The notes under the pieces were generated by a model that ran no database searches, was not told the DNA's origin, and saw only the letters and a program-made list of their open reading frames with translations. From a bacterium (GTDB taxonomy: Bacteria; Babelota; Babeliae; Babelales; Vermiphilaceae): a stretch of 64,000 bases of DNA. The DNA is taken from positions 721 to 64,720 of the forward strand of contig JAKASV010000002.1 in the NCBI GenBank assembly GCA_021818945.1. Reading direction: 5' to 3'. The translations under genes and the position numbers were made by a program. Shown here piece by piece: positions 1 to 8,704 of the stretch. Every line of letters begins with the position of its first letter. The first letter of the stretch is position 1.

Positions 1-2
1 TA

Positions 3-227
3 ATTGAAATACAAAACATATCTAATCAAGGGATCTGGATTTTTGTACATGATCAAGAATTTTTTATCCCATTTAATAAGTTTCCGTGGTTTCTCAATGC
101 TACAGTTCAACAGATTTATAATTTAGAATTTTTTCATGGCAAACATTTACATTGGCCTGATCTTGATGTCGATATTGAACTAGAATCACTTAAATCGCCT
201 GATTCTTATCCATTACAATATTCATAA
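3..227 (+). CDS. DUF2442-like small protein, 5'-truncated by the window edge
   Basis: The frame is open from the window edge to TAA at 225-227, so it is absent from the ORF track. The translation ..IWIFVHDQEFFIPFNKFPWFLNATVQQIYNLEFFHGKHLHWPDLDVDIELESL fits the DUF2442 pattern as I remember it (PWF..A....L.N.E......L.WPDLDVDI). Confidence 0.45.
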   Translation: MEIQNISNQGIWIFVHDQEFFIPFNKFPWFLNATVQQIYNLEFFHGKHLHWPDLDVDIELESLKSPDSYPLQYS

Positions 228-312
228 AACTACTCTCTATAATGAACCCCATAATTCTGACCACTAGCTAAGATCCAATTTTGCCTCAAAACTATGGTAT
301 AAGGAGGTCAAC

Positions 313-612
313 ATGGGTCGAAAGAAATTTAGTGCAAAAATGAAAGGACAAGTAGCATTAGAAGCGATAAAAAATGATGCAACCATCGAGGAATTAGCTC
401 AAAGATTTGATATCCATCCAACACAAATAAAGACATGGAAATCAGATTTAATAGCCAATGCAGAAAGGATCTTTGATAGGAAAAACTATAAGAATGCCGA
501 CAAGAAATTCATTGCAGAATTAATGCATAAGATCGGGCAACAGAGGCTAATAAGGCTCAAGCAGAAAAAGGCTAATCACCTACCCGACCAGTCTTTTACC
601 CCATTTACCTAA
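313..612 (+). mobile_element. IS3-family transposase OrfA (HTH) remnant with no OrfB
   Basis: KFSAKMKGQVALEAIKNDATIEELAQRFDIHPTQIKTWKSDL is the typical IS3/IS911 OrfA helix-turn-helix. The leucine-zipper part is degenerate and no DDE OrfB follows. Confidence 0.6.
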
Positions 613-718
613 AAGTTGATTAATTATACCAAATATTCAAATAAAATAATTGACATACACTTTACCTATTTATTGGTAAACAATTGGTAAATACACTAAT
701 TTAATGGATAAGAAGCCT

Positions 719-1195
719 TTAATCAGCCAAATCATCTTGGACTATGGTGATATTATTGTTCTGGTCAACAGTAATAATATCAGCCACTCCATCCCCATCG
801 ATGTCACCGGATGCAACAGCTACAAAACCCTGATTATCTGCCTTACTCCGTGAAAGACCGGCCGATCCACCTTCTAATTTACCCGAAAAATTATTCGATC
901 CTTCAGCACCAGAAAATCCATAGGTATAATATATTTTTTCATTTTTACCACCTCCATTATACCCTTCTGGCTTCCAGCCTACCCCACCTTGACCATTGAG
1001 AACTGTAGAATAGGTACCATGTTCAGCAAAATAAGCTTTTTCTGCAGCATATATCGAACTCAAATTCATATATGCTTCAGCCCGTTTAGCTTTAGCTAAA
1101 AAACGCATAAAATTGGGTACTGCAAGCATGGCTAAAAAACCCATAATTGCAACAACTATCATCAGCTCGATAAGCGAAAACCCACTTTTTTTCAT
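719..1195 (-). CDS. type IV pilin / pseudopilin-like protein (prepilin N-terminal methylation motif)
   Basis: The N-terminus MKKSGFSLIELMIVVAIMGFLAMLAVPNF carries the class III signal (G|FSLIELMIV). The C-terminus carries GDIDGDGVADIITVD, an FG-GAP/VCBS-like Asp-Gly motif. Confidence 0.8.
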   Translation of the reverse strand: MKKSGFSLIELMIVVAIMGFLAMLAVPNFMRFLAKAKRAEAYMNLSSIYAAEKAYFAEHGTYSTVLNGQGGVGWKPEGYNGGGKNEKIYYTYGFSGAEGSNNFSGKLEGGSAGLSRSKADNQGFVAVASGDIDGDGVADIITVDQNNNITIVQDDLAD

Positions 1196-1263
1196 CTCTC
1201 TCCCTTTTTAATAGGTTCTTTCTACTTGTATAATCCCAAAAACAATGCTGTCGTGTCAATAAA

Positions 1264-1908
1264 TCAAGGCTTGCCCAAATTCTTGCCAGTTAGATGCTCA
1301 AGAAACTCAAGAGAATAAGCGCCTTCCCTGATGACCTTAAAGTCTGGTAACGTGCAATCTAAGATCGTTGAAGCTTTGGCTTGTGGGTCAACACAGCCTG
1401 CAGGGCCATCGGTTATTATAGCTACCACTTTCTCTAGAATATCCTCATCAATTTCCTGAATACAATAAGGCACTGGCATACCAGCTTTATTGGCACTCGT
1501 AGAAAAAAGAGCTGGAACTAAACTCAACAAATCAAGCAGGCCTTCATGCTTTGGCACCCTAAGAGCAATAGTCCCATTGGCACTCACTATACCTTTTGGT
1601 ATATCATCTTTAGCTTTTACGATAATAGTGAGAGGTCCAGGCCAGCAGATATCAATAAGGACCTGTAGGGCTGAAGGTACCCTATCAGCATAGTCATGTA
1701 CCCTGTTTTTTCCACCTATAAGGATAATATAAGGCTTGTCTGTTCGTCCTTTAATACTATTGAGCGCATATATGCCCTGCTCAGTCGCTGTTGCCAAAAG
1801 TCCAAATACCGTATCAGAGGTCCCCAAAAAACTTTTACCATTTTGCAGCTCTCGAGCTATAATTTGTAAGTCTTTTTTGTCCTTCCAAAATAAAATTTCT
1901 TTATTCAT
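1264..1908 (-). CDS. tsaC: L-threonylcarbamoyladenylate synthase (YrdC/Sua5/TsaC family)
   Basis: YrdC-domain motifs are present: GTSDTVFGLLA, KGRTDKP, CWPGPLTIIV, ALRVPKH and STSANKAG. Confidence 0.8.
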   Translation of the reverse strand: MNKEILFWKDKKDLQIIARELQNGKSFLGTSDTVFGLLATATEQGIYALNSIKGRTDKPYIILIGGKNRVHDYADRVPSALQVLIDICWPGPLTIIVKAKDDIPKGIVSANGTIALRVPKHEGLLDLLSLVPALFSTSANKAGMPVPYCIQEIDEDILEKVVAIITDGPAGCVDPQAKASTILDCTLPDFKVIREGAYSLEFLEHLTGKNLGKP

Positions 1909-2233
1909 ACTGGAAAAAATACCTTTTTTTATATTTAATTAATGCTTTTTTGAACTCACTACAATTCGATTCAATCAATACATACATCATTTTTTCTTTT
2001 GTAAATAAACCCGCATGATTAAAAAGATAATTTACTGAATTGACATTTTTGTAAAATACCTTATATTAATAACAATGTCACGGAGTTTAATGATTAAGTG
2101 TCATTCGTTAAGCAATTTTTTAACGGCTTAATGTGAATTGGAAAATTGTGTTGGCGGCAAATTCACGGATCGATGCTAAGAACATGGATTCTTTTAGTTT
2201 TAACAATAGAAATGTTGTAAATATGGATAACCT

Positions 2234-3667
2234 ATGGAGATAACCATGAAAGATATACGTAAACAAACTATTTCGAAGGCAGATTTGCCTTTAGGCCGTC
2301 AGCGAAACAATAGCGAAGTTATAGAGTTTTTTGATGCTCATTGGGCAGTACCAGTTACCGATCAACTGGTACGTATTAAAAAATTAGATGCTGCACTGGG
2401 CAATCGTGCTCAACAGATAAAAGCAATTGCTGTTACCGGAACCAATGGCAAAAGTATTACCATCCATTTGACCAGCAAACTTCTTAAAGAAGAGAGCCTC
2501 AAGGTTGGGACCATGTATTCGCCTCATATTCTAACCTATAATGAACGCTTGGCTATTGGCGAAGAGACTATTTCAAATAAAGAATTTACAGAAATTGCGA
2601 ATGATGTCATCAACGCAGCTGATTCTCTGAACATGAAATGCAACAGCTTTGAACTGCTGACCATGATGGCAATAATTTATTTTGCAAATAGCAAGGTCGA
2701 TGTTGCCATATTTGAAACAGGCAGTAATGACTGTATCGAATTAATGAACATCTGCAAGCCTGTTGTCGTAGCCGTTACACGTGCTATCGATGAAAAAATT
2801 ACCGATGAAACAATAGTTCCAGCTGAACTCATAAAGCATATGCTCTCAATAGTCAATCCTGGAACCCATGTAATTTCTGCCGATCAAAGCAAAATGAATC
2901 TTCAAATGATGCTTGAAATTACCAAGGAAAAAAATGGTACTTGGGCTATGCCAATTCGTAAACTCGCCCAACTTGCTTATCCTTATGAACAACTTCATGG
3001 CCGCTGTGCTGCATTAGCAGAACGTATTGCTGATATTTTCGTCAACACCTTCGCCAATAGAGATGCAGTTGTCGTCAATGATACTTTATTGACCAAGCAA
3101 AAGGGTCAACGTGGACGTCCTACCTTAGAAGCTAAACGTCAGGCCGAATTAAATCCCAAAAGAACTGTAGAACAATTCTGGAAAGATACATGCAATACAT
3201 TGCCTGGCAGGTTCCAACTTTTGGATAAAGAAAAACCAAGCCTTTTACTCGACAACGCAAATAACTTAGATGCCATTAAGAATGTGTTACTTGGTGTTCG
3301 TTTATTGCATTATCAACGCCCTCTAAAAGGGTTGGCCGTTGTTCTTGGTTGCAACAATAAGGATATTGATGTTGAAGGACTCATGCGCGCACTACGCTAT
3401 TTCTTCAAAAAGACATCAGGTCAGGTTATTGTATGCCCAGTTGCAAGTATACCAAGTGATCGTGGCGCTCAGTCTTGGGATATAGAAAAGGTCACTAATG
3501 ATCTTAAGAGCATGAAAATAAAAGCTCGTTCAAGCGCATCATTCAAAGAAGCTTTTGATATTGCCCAGAAGAGTGTAGACGAACGACATGGTCTTGTAGT
3601 CATCACAGGATCGTCAGCGATTGTTAATGAATACTGGAACTACAAAGGTATTAAGAAGATCGTTTAA
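2234..3667 (+). CDS. Mur-ligase family protein, FolC-like (folylpolyglutamate/dihydrofolate synthase-like)
   Basis: It has the P-loop AVTGTNGKSIT, a Mur-ligase central pattern (FETGSNDCIE..VVAVT) and a C-terminal LVVITGS. The start is more likely ATG 2246, which has GGAG upstream. Confidence 0.55.
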   Translation: MEITMKDIRKQTISKADLPLGRQRNNSEVIEFFDAHWAVPVTDQLVRIKKLDAALGNRAQQIKAIAVTGTNGKSITIHLTSKLLKEESLKVGTMYSPHILTYNERLAIGEETISNKEFTEIANDVINAADSLNMKCNSFELLTMMAIIYFANSKVDVAIFETGSNDCIELMNICKPVVVAVTRAIDEKITDETIVPAELIKHMLSIVNPGTHVISADQSKMNLQMMLEITKEKNGTWAMPIRKLAQLAYPYEQLHGRCAALAERIADIFVNTFANRDAVVVNDTLLTKQKGQRGRPTLEAKRQAELNPKRTVEQFWKDTCNTLPGRFQLLDKEKPSLLLDNANNLDAIKNVLLGVRLLHYQRPLKGLAVVLGCNNKDIDVEGLMRALRYFFKKTSGQVIVCPVASIPSDRGAQSWDIEKVTNDLKSMKIKARSSASFKEAFDIAQKSVDERHGLVVITGSSAIVNEYWNYKGIKKIV

Positions 3668-3678
3668 ATAAGAATAAC

Positions 3679-3978
3679 ATGCTTACACAGCTTGCATCAT
3701 ATATAGGATCTACCCTTGTAGGCTGTTGCATTGGATTGTTATACGGGCTCCTTTTTATATATCAAAAAAAAGGAGCCCTTTTTCGCGCCAACAAATCCAG
3801 CAGCTTTCAATCATGGATCAATCATATTTTTTCAACTCTAGTTCGTTTTATTGGCGTCGCACTTATAATCTGGTATCTGTTGCCGTTGCCAAAAATCCAT
3901 TTTATACTGGTGATGTTAGGTTTTTTGGTAGTTTTCTGGGTTGTTGTTATTCAGTATAAAGGATATCCCCATGAATGA
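3679..3978 (+). CDS. small polytopic membrane protein, possible AtpI/AtpR-like accessory subunit
   Basis: It is 99 aa with 3-4 hydrophobic helices. It lies immediately upstream of subunit a and is translationally coupled to it (ATGAATGA overlap at 3971-3978). The assignment rests on position only. Confidence 0.35.
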   Translation: MLTQLASYIGSTLVGCCIGLLYGLLFIYQKKGALFRANKSSSFQSWINHIFSTLVRFIGVALIIWYLLPLPKIHFILVMLGFLVVFWVVVIQYKGYPHE

Positions 3979-4729
3979 ATTTGAGTTCGCAGGCGGACAA
4001 ACATGGCATCCTCTGGGTTGGCTCGGACTTACTCATCCGTTTTTTTCCTTAGAATCATCCCAAGTCCATCTCATTGTACAAACATGGATTATTTTAGGCA
4101 TACTTTTTTTACTATGTCTTCCCGTACGATGGCTACTGAAAAAAAAATTCGGCATCCCTCGCTATCTTATCCTTTCGTTCGTGGACACCTTCATAGGCTT
4201 ATGTAAACAGGCGATGGGCACACTCATATTTTCGCACCTTGCATTCGTTACTTCAATTTTTATATTTATTTTATTCTGCAACGTAATCTCAATTGTTCCT
4301 TGGATGGAAGAACCGACATCGAACCCCTACACAACATTTGCCATGGGCATAATCTCATTTTTATATGTTCAATTTAATGGTATTCGTGCTCATGGTATTA
4401 AGGGTTATTTGAAAGAATATATTGAACCATTCTTTGTCATGGCACCGCTTCATCTTATCGGAAAACTTGCAAGCATTATTTCTATGTCATGTCGTCTCTG
4501 GGGAAATATTTTTGGTGGCGCAATTATTACAAATATGTATCAAGGCCTTATCAGAAGCCATCTTATTCTCCAAATAGTAGGCTTGGGATTGGGTCTTAAT
4601 TTTGTGATTCTTTTCTTTTTCGGTCTTTTTGAAGGATTTTTACAGGCATTCGTATTTACTATGCTCAGTTTAACCTACTTGTCTATTGCAATAACGCAAG
4701 AAGAACAAGGACACGGAGCGTCAACATGA
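3941..4729 (+). CDS. atpB: F-type ATPase Fo subunit a
   Basis: A polytopic protein with the subunit-a signature around the essential Arg: SMSCRLWGNIFGGAII (compare RLFGNxxAG). The likely true start is ATG 3971 (MNEFEF..). Confidence 0.8.
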   Translation: MLLFSIKDIPMNEFEFAGGQTWHPLGWLGLTHPFFSLESSQVHLIVQTWIILGILFLLCLPVRWLLKKKFGIPRYLILSFVDTFIGLCKQAMGTLIFSHLAFVTSIFIFILFCNVISIVPWMEEPTSNPYTTFAMGIISFLYVQFNGIRAHGIKGYLKEYIEPFFVMAPLHLIGKLASIISMSCRLWGNIFGGAIITNMYQGLIRSHLILQIVGLGLGLNFVILFFFGLFEGFLQAFVFTMLSLTYLSIAITQEEQGHGAST

Positions 4730-5688
4730 TAGAACTATCTGAATGTTTTCATTATGGAACCATAGCCGGCATTGTAGGACTTAGTTCCTTTGGTGCTGGA
4801 ATCGGGCAAGGACTTACCGGACGCGCTGCTATGCAGGCAATGGATATTCAACCCCAAGCGAGAGGAGACATTGGGCGCAATGCTATCATGGGAATGGCTC
4901 TTATAGATACTGCGTCCATTTTATGTTTAACTATCGCATTCATGATGGTATTTGGTTCGCGAAGCGTCGAAACGGTCCTATACACAAATATTGCTGACCT
5001 TGGCATTCTCTTTGCACTTTCTTTACCGGGATTTGCTATTGGTATAGCCTCGGCTATGCCTGCCCGCGAGGCTTGCCTGGCAATTGCTCGCCAACCATTT
5101 TTTTCAACAAAAATTTCACGCTTTATGCTCATTTGTCAATCGGTCATTCAAACACCCATCATTTTTGGATTTATTATAGCTCTGCTTATAAAAAACGGTT
5201 CCAGCACATGCACTAATGTAATGGATAGCCTGCGTTATGTGGCAACTGGCATTGCTGTTGGCGTAAGTGCTATTGGTCCTATTATTGGACTGGGGATATT
5301 CGCAAAAACAGCTTGCCGTGGTCTTGGTATTAACAGACAATCCTATGCTTCATTGCTGACTCTAACATTTATAAGCAATGCTATTATAGAAACCCCTATT
5401 GTTCTTTCACTTGTTATCGCGCTTGTGTTACTAGGCGTACCCATTGACCCCAATAATGTACTTGATGGTATACGCGTACTAGCTGCCTCAATGTGTGTTG
5501 GTATAGGAACGTTTGGTCCGGGTATCAGTTCAGGACGAGCATCCGCAGTCGCCTGTCATGAAATCGCAAAAAATCCTGCCGTCTATAGTACCCTATCCAA
5601 GGTAAGCATTTTTGCTCAAGGTCTTATCGATACCTGTGCTATTTACGCTTTTTTAATAGCACTTTCAATTTTAATAATGGTAAAATAA
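4726..5688 (+). CDS. fused proteolipid made of four tandem F/V-type c-subunit hairpins (320 aa)
   Basis: There are four repeats of Gly-rich helix, polar loop and second helix. The Gly-rich helices are GAGIGQG, GFAIGIA, AIGPIIGLG and FGPGISSG. The loops are DIQPQARG, ARQPFF, INRQSY and AKNPAVY. The ion-site positions read ALIDTA, SVIQTP, AIIETP and GLIDTC. Confidence 0.75.
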   Translation: MIELSECFHYGTIAGIVGLSSFGAGIGQGLTGRAAMQAMDIQPQARGDIGRNAIMGMALIDTASILCLTIAFMMVFGSRSVETVLYTNIADLGILFALSLPGFAIGIASAMPAREACLAIARQPFFSTKISRFMLICQSVIQTPIIFGFIIALLIKNGSSTCTNVMDSLRYVATGIAVGVSAIGPIIGLGIFAKTACRGLGINRQSYASLLTLTFISNAIIETPIVLSLVIALVLLGVPIDPNNVLDGIRVLAASMCVGIGTFGPGISSGRASAVACHEIAKNPAVYSTLSKVSIFAQGLIDTCAIYAFLIALSILIMVK

Positions 5689-5712
5689 CAAACACAGCAC
5701 TCTCGGAGATGT

Positions 5713-6858
5713 ATGAAGCAAAAAGAATCAATGCATGTTGTACACATGATCACGAAGCTGGAAATGGGAGGCGCCCAAAAAGTATGTTTAACCATAAAAA
5801 AAGGTCTTGACAATCAGAAAATTTGGTCGGCTCTTATCTCTGGCGATACAGGCGAATTAGTGAATTGTGCTAGAGACCTACCCAACAGCCTGTTTATTAA
5901 AGAATTGAAAAGAGAAGTTACTGTGCTGGGTGTCTTCAATGAATGCATTTGTTTTTTTAAACTCATTCGCTATTTACGCACATTAAAAAAACAGTACCCG
6001 AATCTTATAATCCATACACACAGTACAAAAGCAGGTCTCATGGGCCGATGGGCTGCATTTTTTGCAGGAATAAAAAAACGAGTACACACTATACATGGCT
6101 ATGGATTTCAACCAGAACAAAATCTGTGTGTTCGCTTTTGTATCTATTGTGTAGAATTAATCACAAGTGCAATTACAACACATTATATTTGCGTATCTAC
6201 CGAAGATGCAAAAAGAGGATCAAAAATATTTCCATGTTTTGGAAAAAAACATTCAATAATCAGAGCTGCTGTAGATTGGAAACAATTTTATTCTCCCGCA
6301 CGAAAACATCAGGCAGTACCATTGTATGATAAGCCTTTTATATTCGGAACTATTGGCGGTCTCTCTTATCGCAAAAATCAGATAGAAATTCTCAAGGCTT
6401 TCAGCATAGTACATTCAAAATATCCGCATGCACGTCTAGAACTTATTGGAGATGGTGACCAGCGGGCTGTTCTCGTGAACTGGATAAATGAACATCAATT
6501 GCAAAATGTGGTAGTACTTCATGGCTGGCAACAGAATGTACTCCCTATCATGCTCAACTGGCATGTCTTTTTGTTAAGCTCTTTATGGGAAGGTCTGCCA
6601 TGTGTTATCGTTGAAGCTCGTTTGTTAAAGTTACCAGTATTAACTTATGCAATGAATGGTGTACGCGACGTTATTTTCCAGGATTATAACGGGTTTATCT
6701 ATAAACAGCGTGATTATCAAAGCATGGCCAATGGCATGATTTCACTTATAGAAAATCCATTACTATACACGAAACTTTCCCAATATCCCGACCAGTTACA
6801 AGATTTTAATGATACCTATATGGTTCATCAACATATAGAATTATACAAGTCTTTTTGA
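5713..6858 (+). CDS. glycosyltransferase family 4 (GT-B)
   Basis: The N-terminus reads MGGAQKV. The C-terminus has the E-x7-E region SLWEGLPCVIVEARLLKLPVL..NGVRDVI..NGFIY. Confidence 0.8.
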   Translation: MKQKESMHVVHMITKLEMGGAQKVCLTIKKGLDNQKIWSALISGDTGELVNCARDLPNSLFIKELKREVTVLGVFNECICFFKLIRYLRTLKKQYPNLIIHTHSTKAGLMGRWAAFFAGIKKRVHTIHGYGFQPEQNLCVRFCIYCVELITSAITTHYICVSTEDAKRGSKIFPCFGKKHSIIRAAVDWKQFYSPARKHQAVPLYDKPFIFGTIGGLSYRKNQIEILKAFSIVHSKYPHARLELIGDGDQRAVLVNWINEHQLQNVVVLHGWQQNVLPIMLNWHVFLLSSLWEGLPCVIVEARLLKLPVLTYAMNGVRDVIFQDYNGFIYKQRDYQSMANGMISLIENPLLYTKLSQYPDQLQDFNDTYMVHQHIELYKSF

Positions 6859-6957
6859 CACTACCGTCTATTGACTTTCTCTCTATGTTAGATAATGTAT
6901 AGAGCGTTCATTCGCTATGTTCATGCAATATGTTCATGAGAAAGTAATTTCTAAGGA

Positions 6958-7752
6958 ATGTTAACTATGAATGCAAAGAATATCCTGCTTTATGCATGCG
7001 TCATTTTTATAATAAGCGGCTATCTCTATCTAGCAATCACCCCTAAAAAAGCCCCGGTAAAACCACAAAAGCCTCTTTCGATAGGTCTTTGTATTATGGC
7101 AACAGGCAAGTATATTCATTTTGCTAATCAGCTTATTCGATCAGCAGAGTATTATTTTTTGCCCGGACATAGACGAACATTTTTCGTGTTCACTGATCAG
7201 ATAGATGCTCTTGAAAAAAATTCTCACATCGTACCCATTTTTCAAAAACGTCTTGGCTGGCCTTATGATACAATAATGAGGTGCGCGGTATATCAAAAGC
7301 ACAAAGAACTTTTTACATCGATGAATTATCTTTTTGCTTGTGATGCAGATATGTTATTTGTTGATTTTGTGGGAGAGGAAATTTTGAGCGACCTTGTTGG
7401 TACACTCCATCCTGGGTTTACCTACCGACGTGGCACGTATGAAAACAATTCACAATCGAAAGCCTATGTAGGAACTGGTGAAGGCAAATACTATTTTGCA
7501 GGTGGTTTTTATGGAGGTTCACGGGAAAGATTTATAGCCATGAATGATTCCTTGACGAGCTCCATTGATCAGGATTTAAAGAAAAACATCGTAGCTATGT
7601 GGCATGATGAAAGCCATCTTAATCGCTATTTTATTGATCATAAACCTACCCGTATTTTAGATACCTCCTATTGTTATTTTGAAGGACGCAGTCTACCAAC
7701 ACCACCCCGCTTGGTTGCATTATATAAAAACAAAACTTATTGGCGCTCATAA
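6958..7752 (+). CDS. glycosyltransferase family 6 (ABO / alpha-1,3-Gal(NAc)-transferase-like) with N-terminal signal anchor
   Basis: Block-by-block resemblance to vertebrate GT6: IGLCIMATGKYIHF, GHRRTFFVFTDQ, FACDADMLF (DXD), GTLHPGF, YYFAGGFYGGS, AMWHDESHLNRYF and HKPTRIL. The start is probably ATG 6967. Confidence 0.85.
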   Translation: MLTMNAKNILLYACVIFIISGYLYLAITPKKAPVKPQKPLSIGLCIMATGKYIHFANQLIRSAEYYFLPGHRRTFFVFTDQIDALEKNSHIVPIFQKRLGWPYDTIMRCAVYQKHKELFTSMNYLFACDADMLFVDFVGEEILSDLVGTLHPGFTYRRGTYENNSQSKAYVGTGEGKYYFAGGFYGGSRERFIAMNDSLTSSIDQDLKKNIVAMWHDESHLNRYFIDHKPTRILDTSYCYFEGRSLPTPPRLVALYKNKTYWRS

Positions 7753-7804
7753 AAATCAGTCTGTTGACTTTCTTGACATGTCATATAGTGTATAGAAAGT
7801 TCGT

Positions 7805-8704
7805 GTGAACCACAGAAAAGAAAGGGCCGTAATGAGGCTCATACAAAAAATAGTGATGTATCTTTTTCTATTAATCGCATGCATAATAATTTTTGTACCA
7901 ATTTTTTTCTTACGTTTAGATCACTATCCCGAAAAACCTATGGTGGTTATTATTCCCTCCTACAAAAACCAGCAATGGATCGATAAAAATTCATCGTCGG
8001 TCTTTAATCAGAAATACAAAAACTATCGTGTCATATATATAGATGATTGCTCACCAGATCATACTTATGAAAAAGCCAAACAGATAAATAACATACATAA
8101 TCAGAGTCACCGAACAACACTCAGACATAACACCAAACGTCAAGGAGCATTGGCAAACTTATATCACGCTATTCAATCATGCAATAATAATGAAATAATT
8201 GTCCAACTTGACGGAGATGATTGGTTTGCTCACGACTATGTATTGGCTTATATCAATTGCATCTATGCAAATCAAGATATTTGGCTCACTTACGGTCAAT
8301 TTCAAGAATATCCTTCTTGCCGCATTGGCCATCTGTATTCTCAACATTTTCCTCAATCAGTCATCAAACAAAATTGTATGCGCAGATACAAAAATCTCCC
8401 TATGTCACACCTGCGGACGTGCTATGCATGGTTATTCAAATTAATTAAAGTGGAAGATTTAATGTATGAGGGTGACTTTTACCAAATGAGCTGGGATAAG
8501 GCTATTCTTGCACCAATGATTGAAATGGCAGCAGATCATTATGCATGTATCTCAGAAATTCTTTATATTTATAATAACTCAAATCCTATAAGCGCCCATC
8601 GCATCGATGTTAATCTACAACATGCATTAGCAGACCATATTGCTCATTTAGAGCCCTATAAACCATTAAGCACTTGCTGGCAAAAAAGGAACTTTCAATC
8701 ATGA
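7805..8704 (+). CDS. glycosyltransferase family 2 (single domain), paralog 1
   Basis: Motifs MVVIIPSYKNQQW..YKNYRVIYIDDCSPDHT..LDGDDWFAH (DXD), with an N-terminal signal anchor. The alternative start is ATG 7832. Confidence 0.75.
   Translation: MNHRKERAVMRLIQKIVMYLFLLIACIIIFVPIFFLRLDHYPEKPMVVIIPSYKNQQWIDKNSSSVFNQKYKNYRVIYIDDCSPDHTYEKAKQINNIHNQSHRTTLRHNTKRQGALANLYHAIQSCNNNEIIVQLDGDDWFAHDYVLAYINCIYANQDIWLTYGQFQEYPSCRIGHLYSQHFPQSVIKQNCMRRYKNLPMSHLRTCYAWLFKLIKVEDLMYEGDFYQMSWDKAILAPMIEMAADHYACISEILYIYNNSNPISAHRIDVNLQHALADHIAHLEPYKPLSTCWQKRNFQS

Noticed and set aside
4848-5340. Minus-strand ORFs inside the c4 gene. Similar nested ORFs occur inside glyA, rpsA, SNF2, the GT genes and others.
   Set aside because: Each is fully embedded in a longer ORF with clear family motifs on the other strand or in another frame. 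They are typical spurious ORFs.
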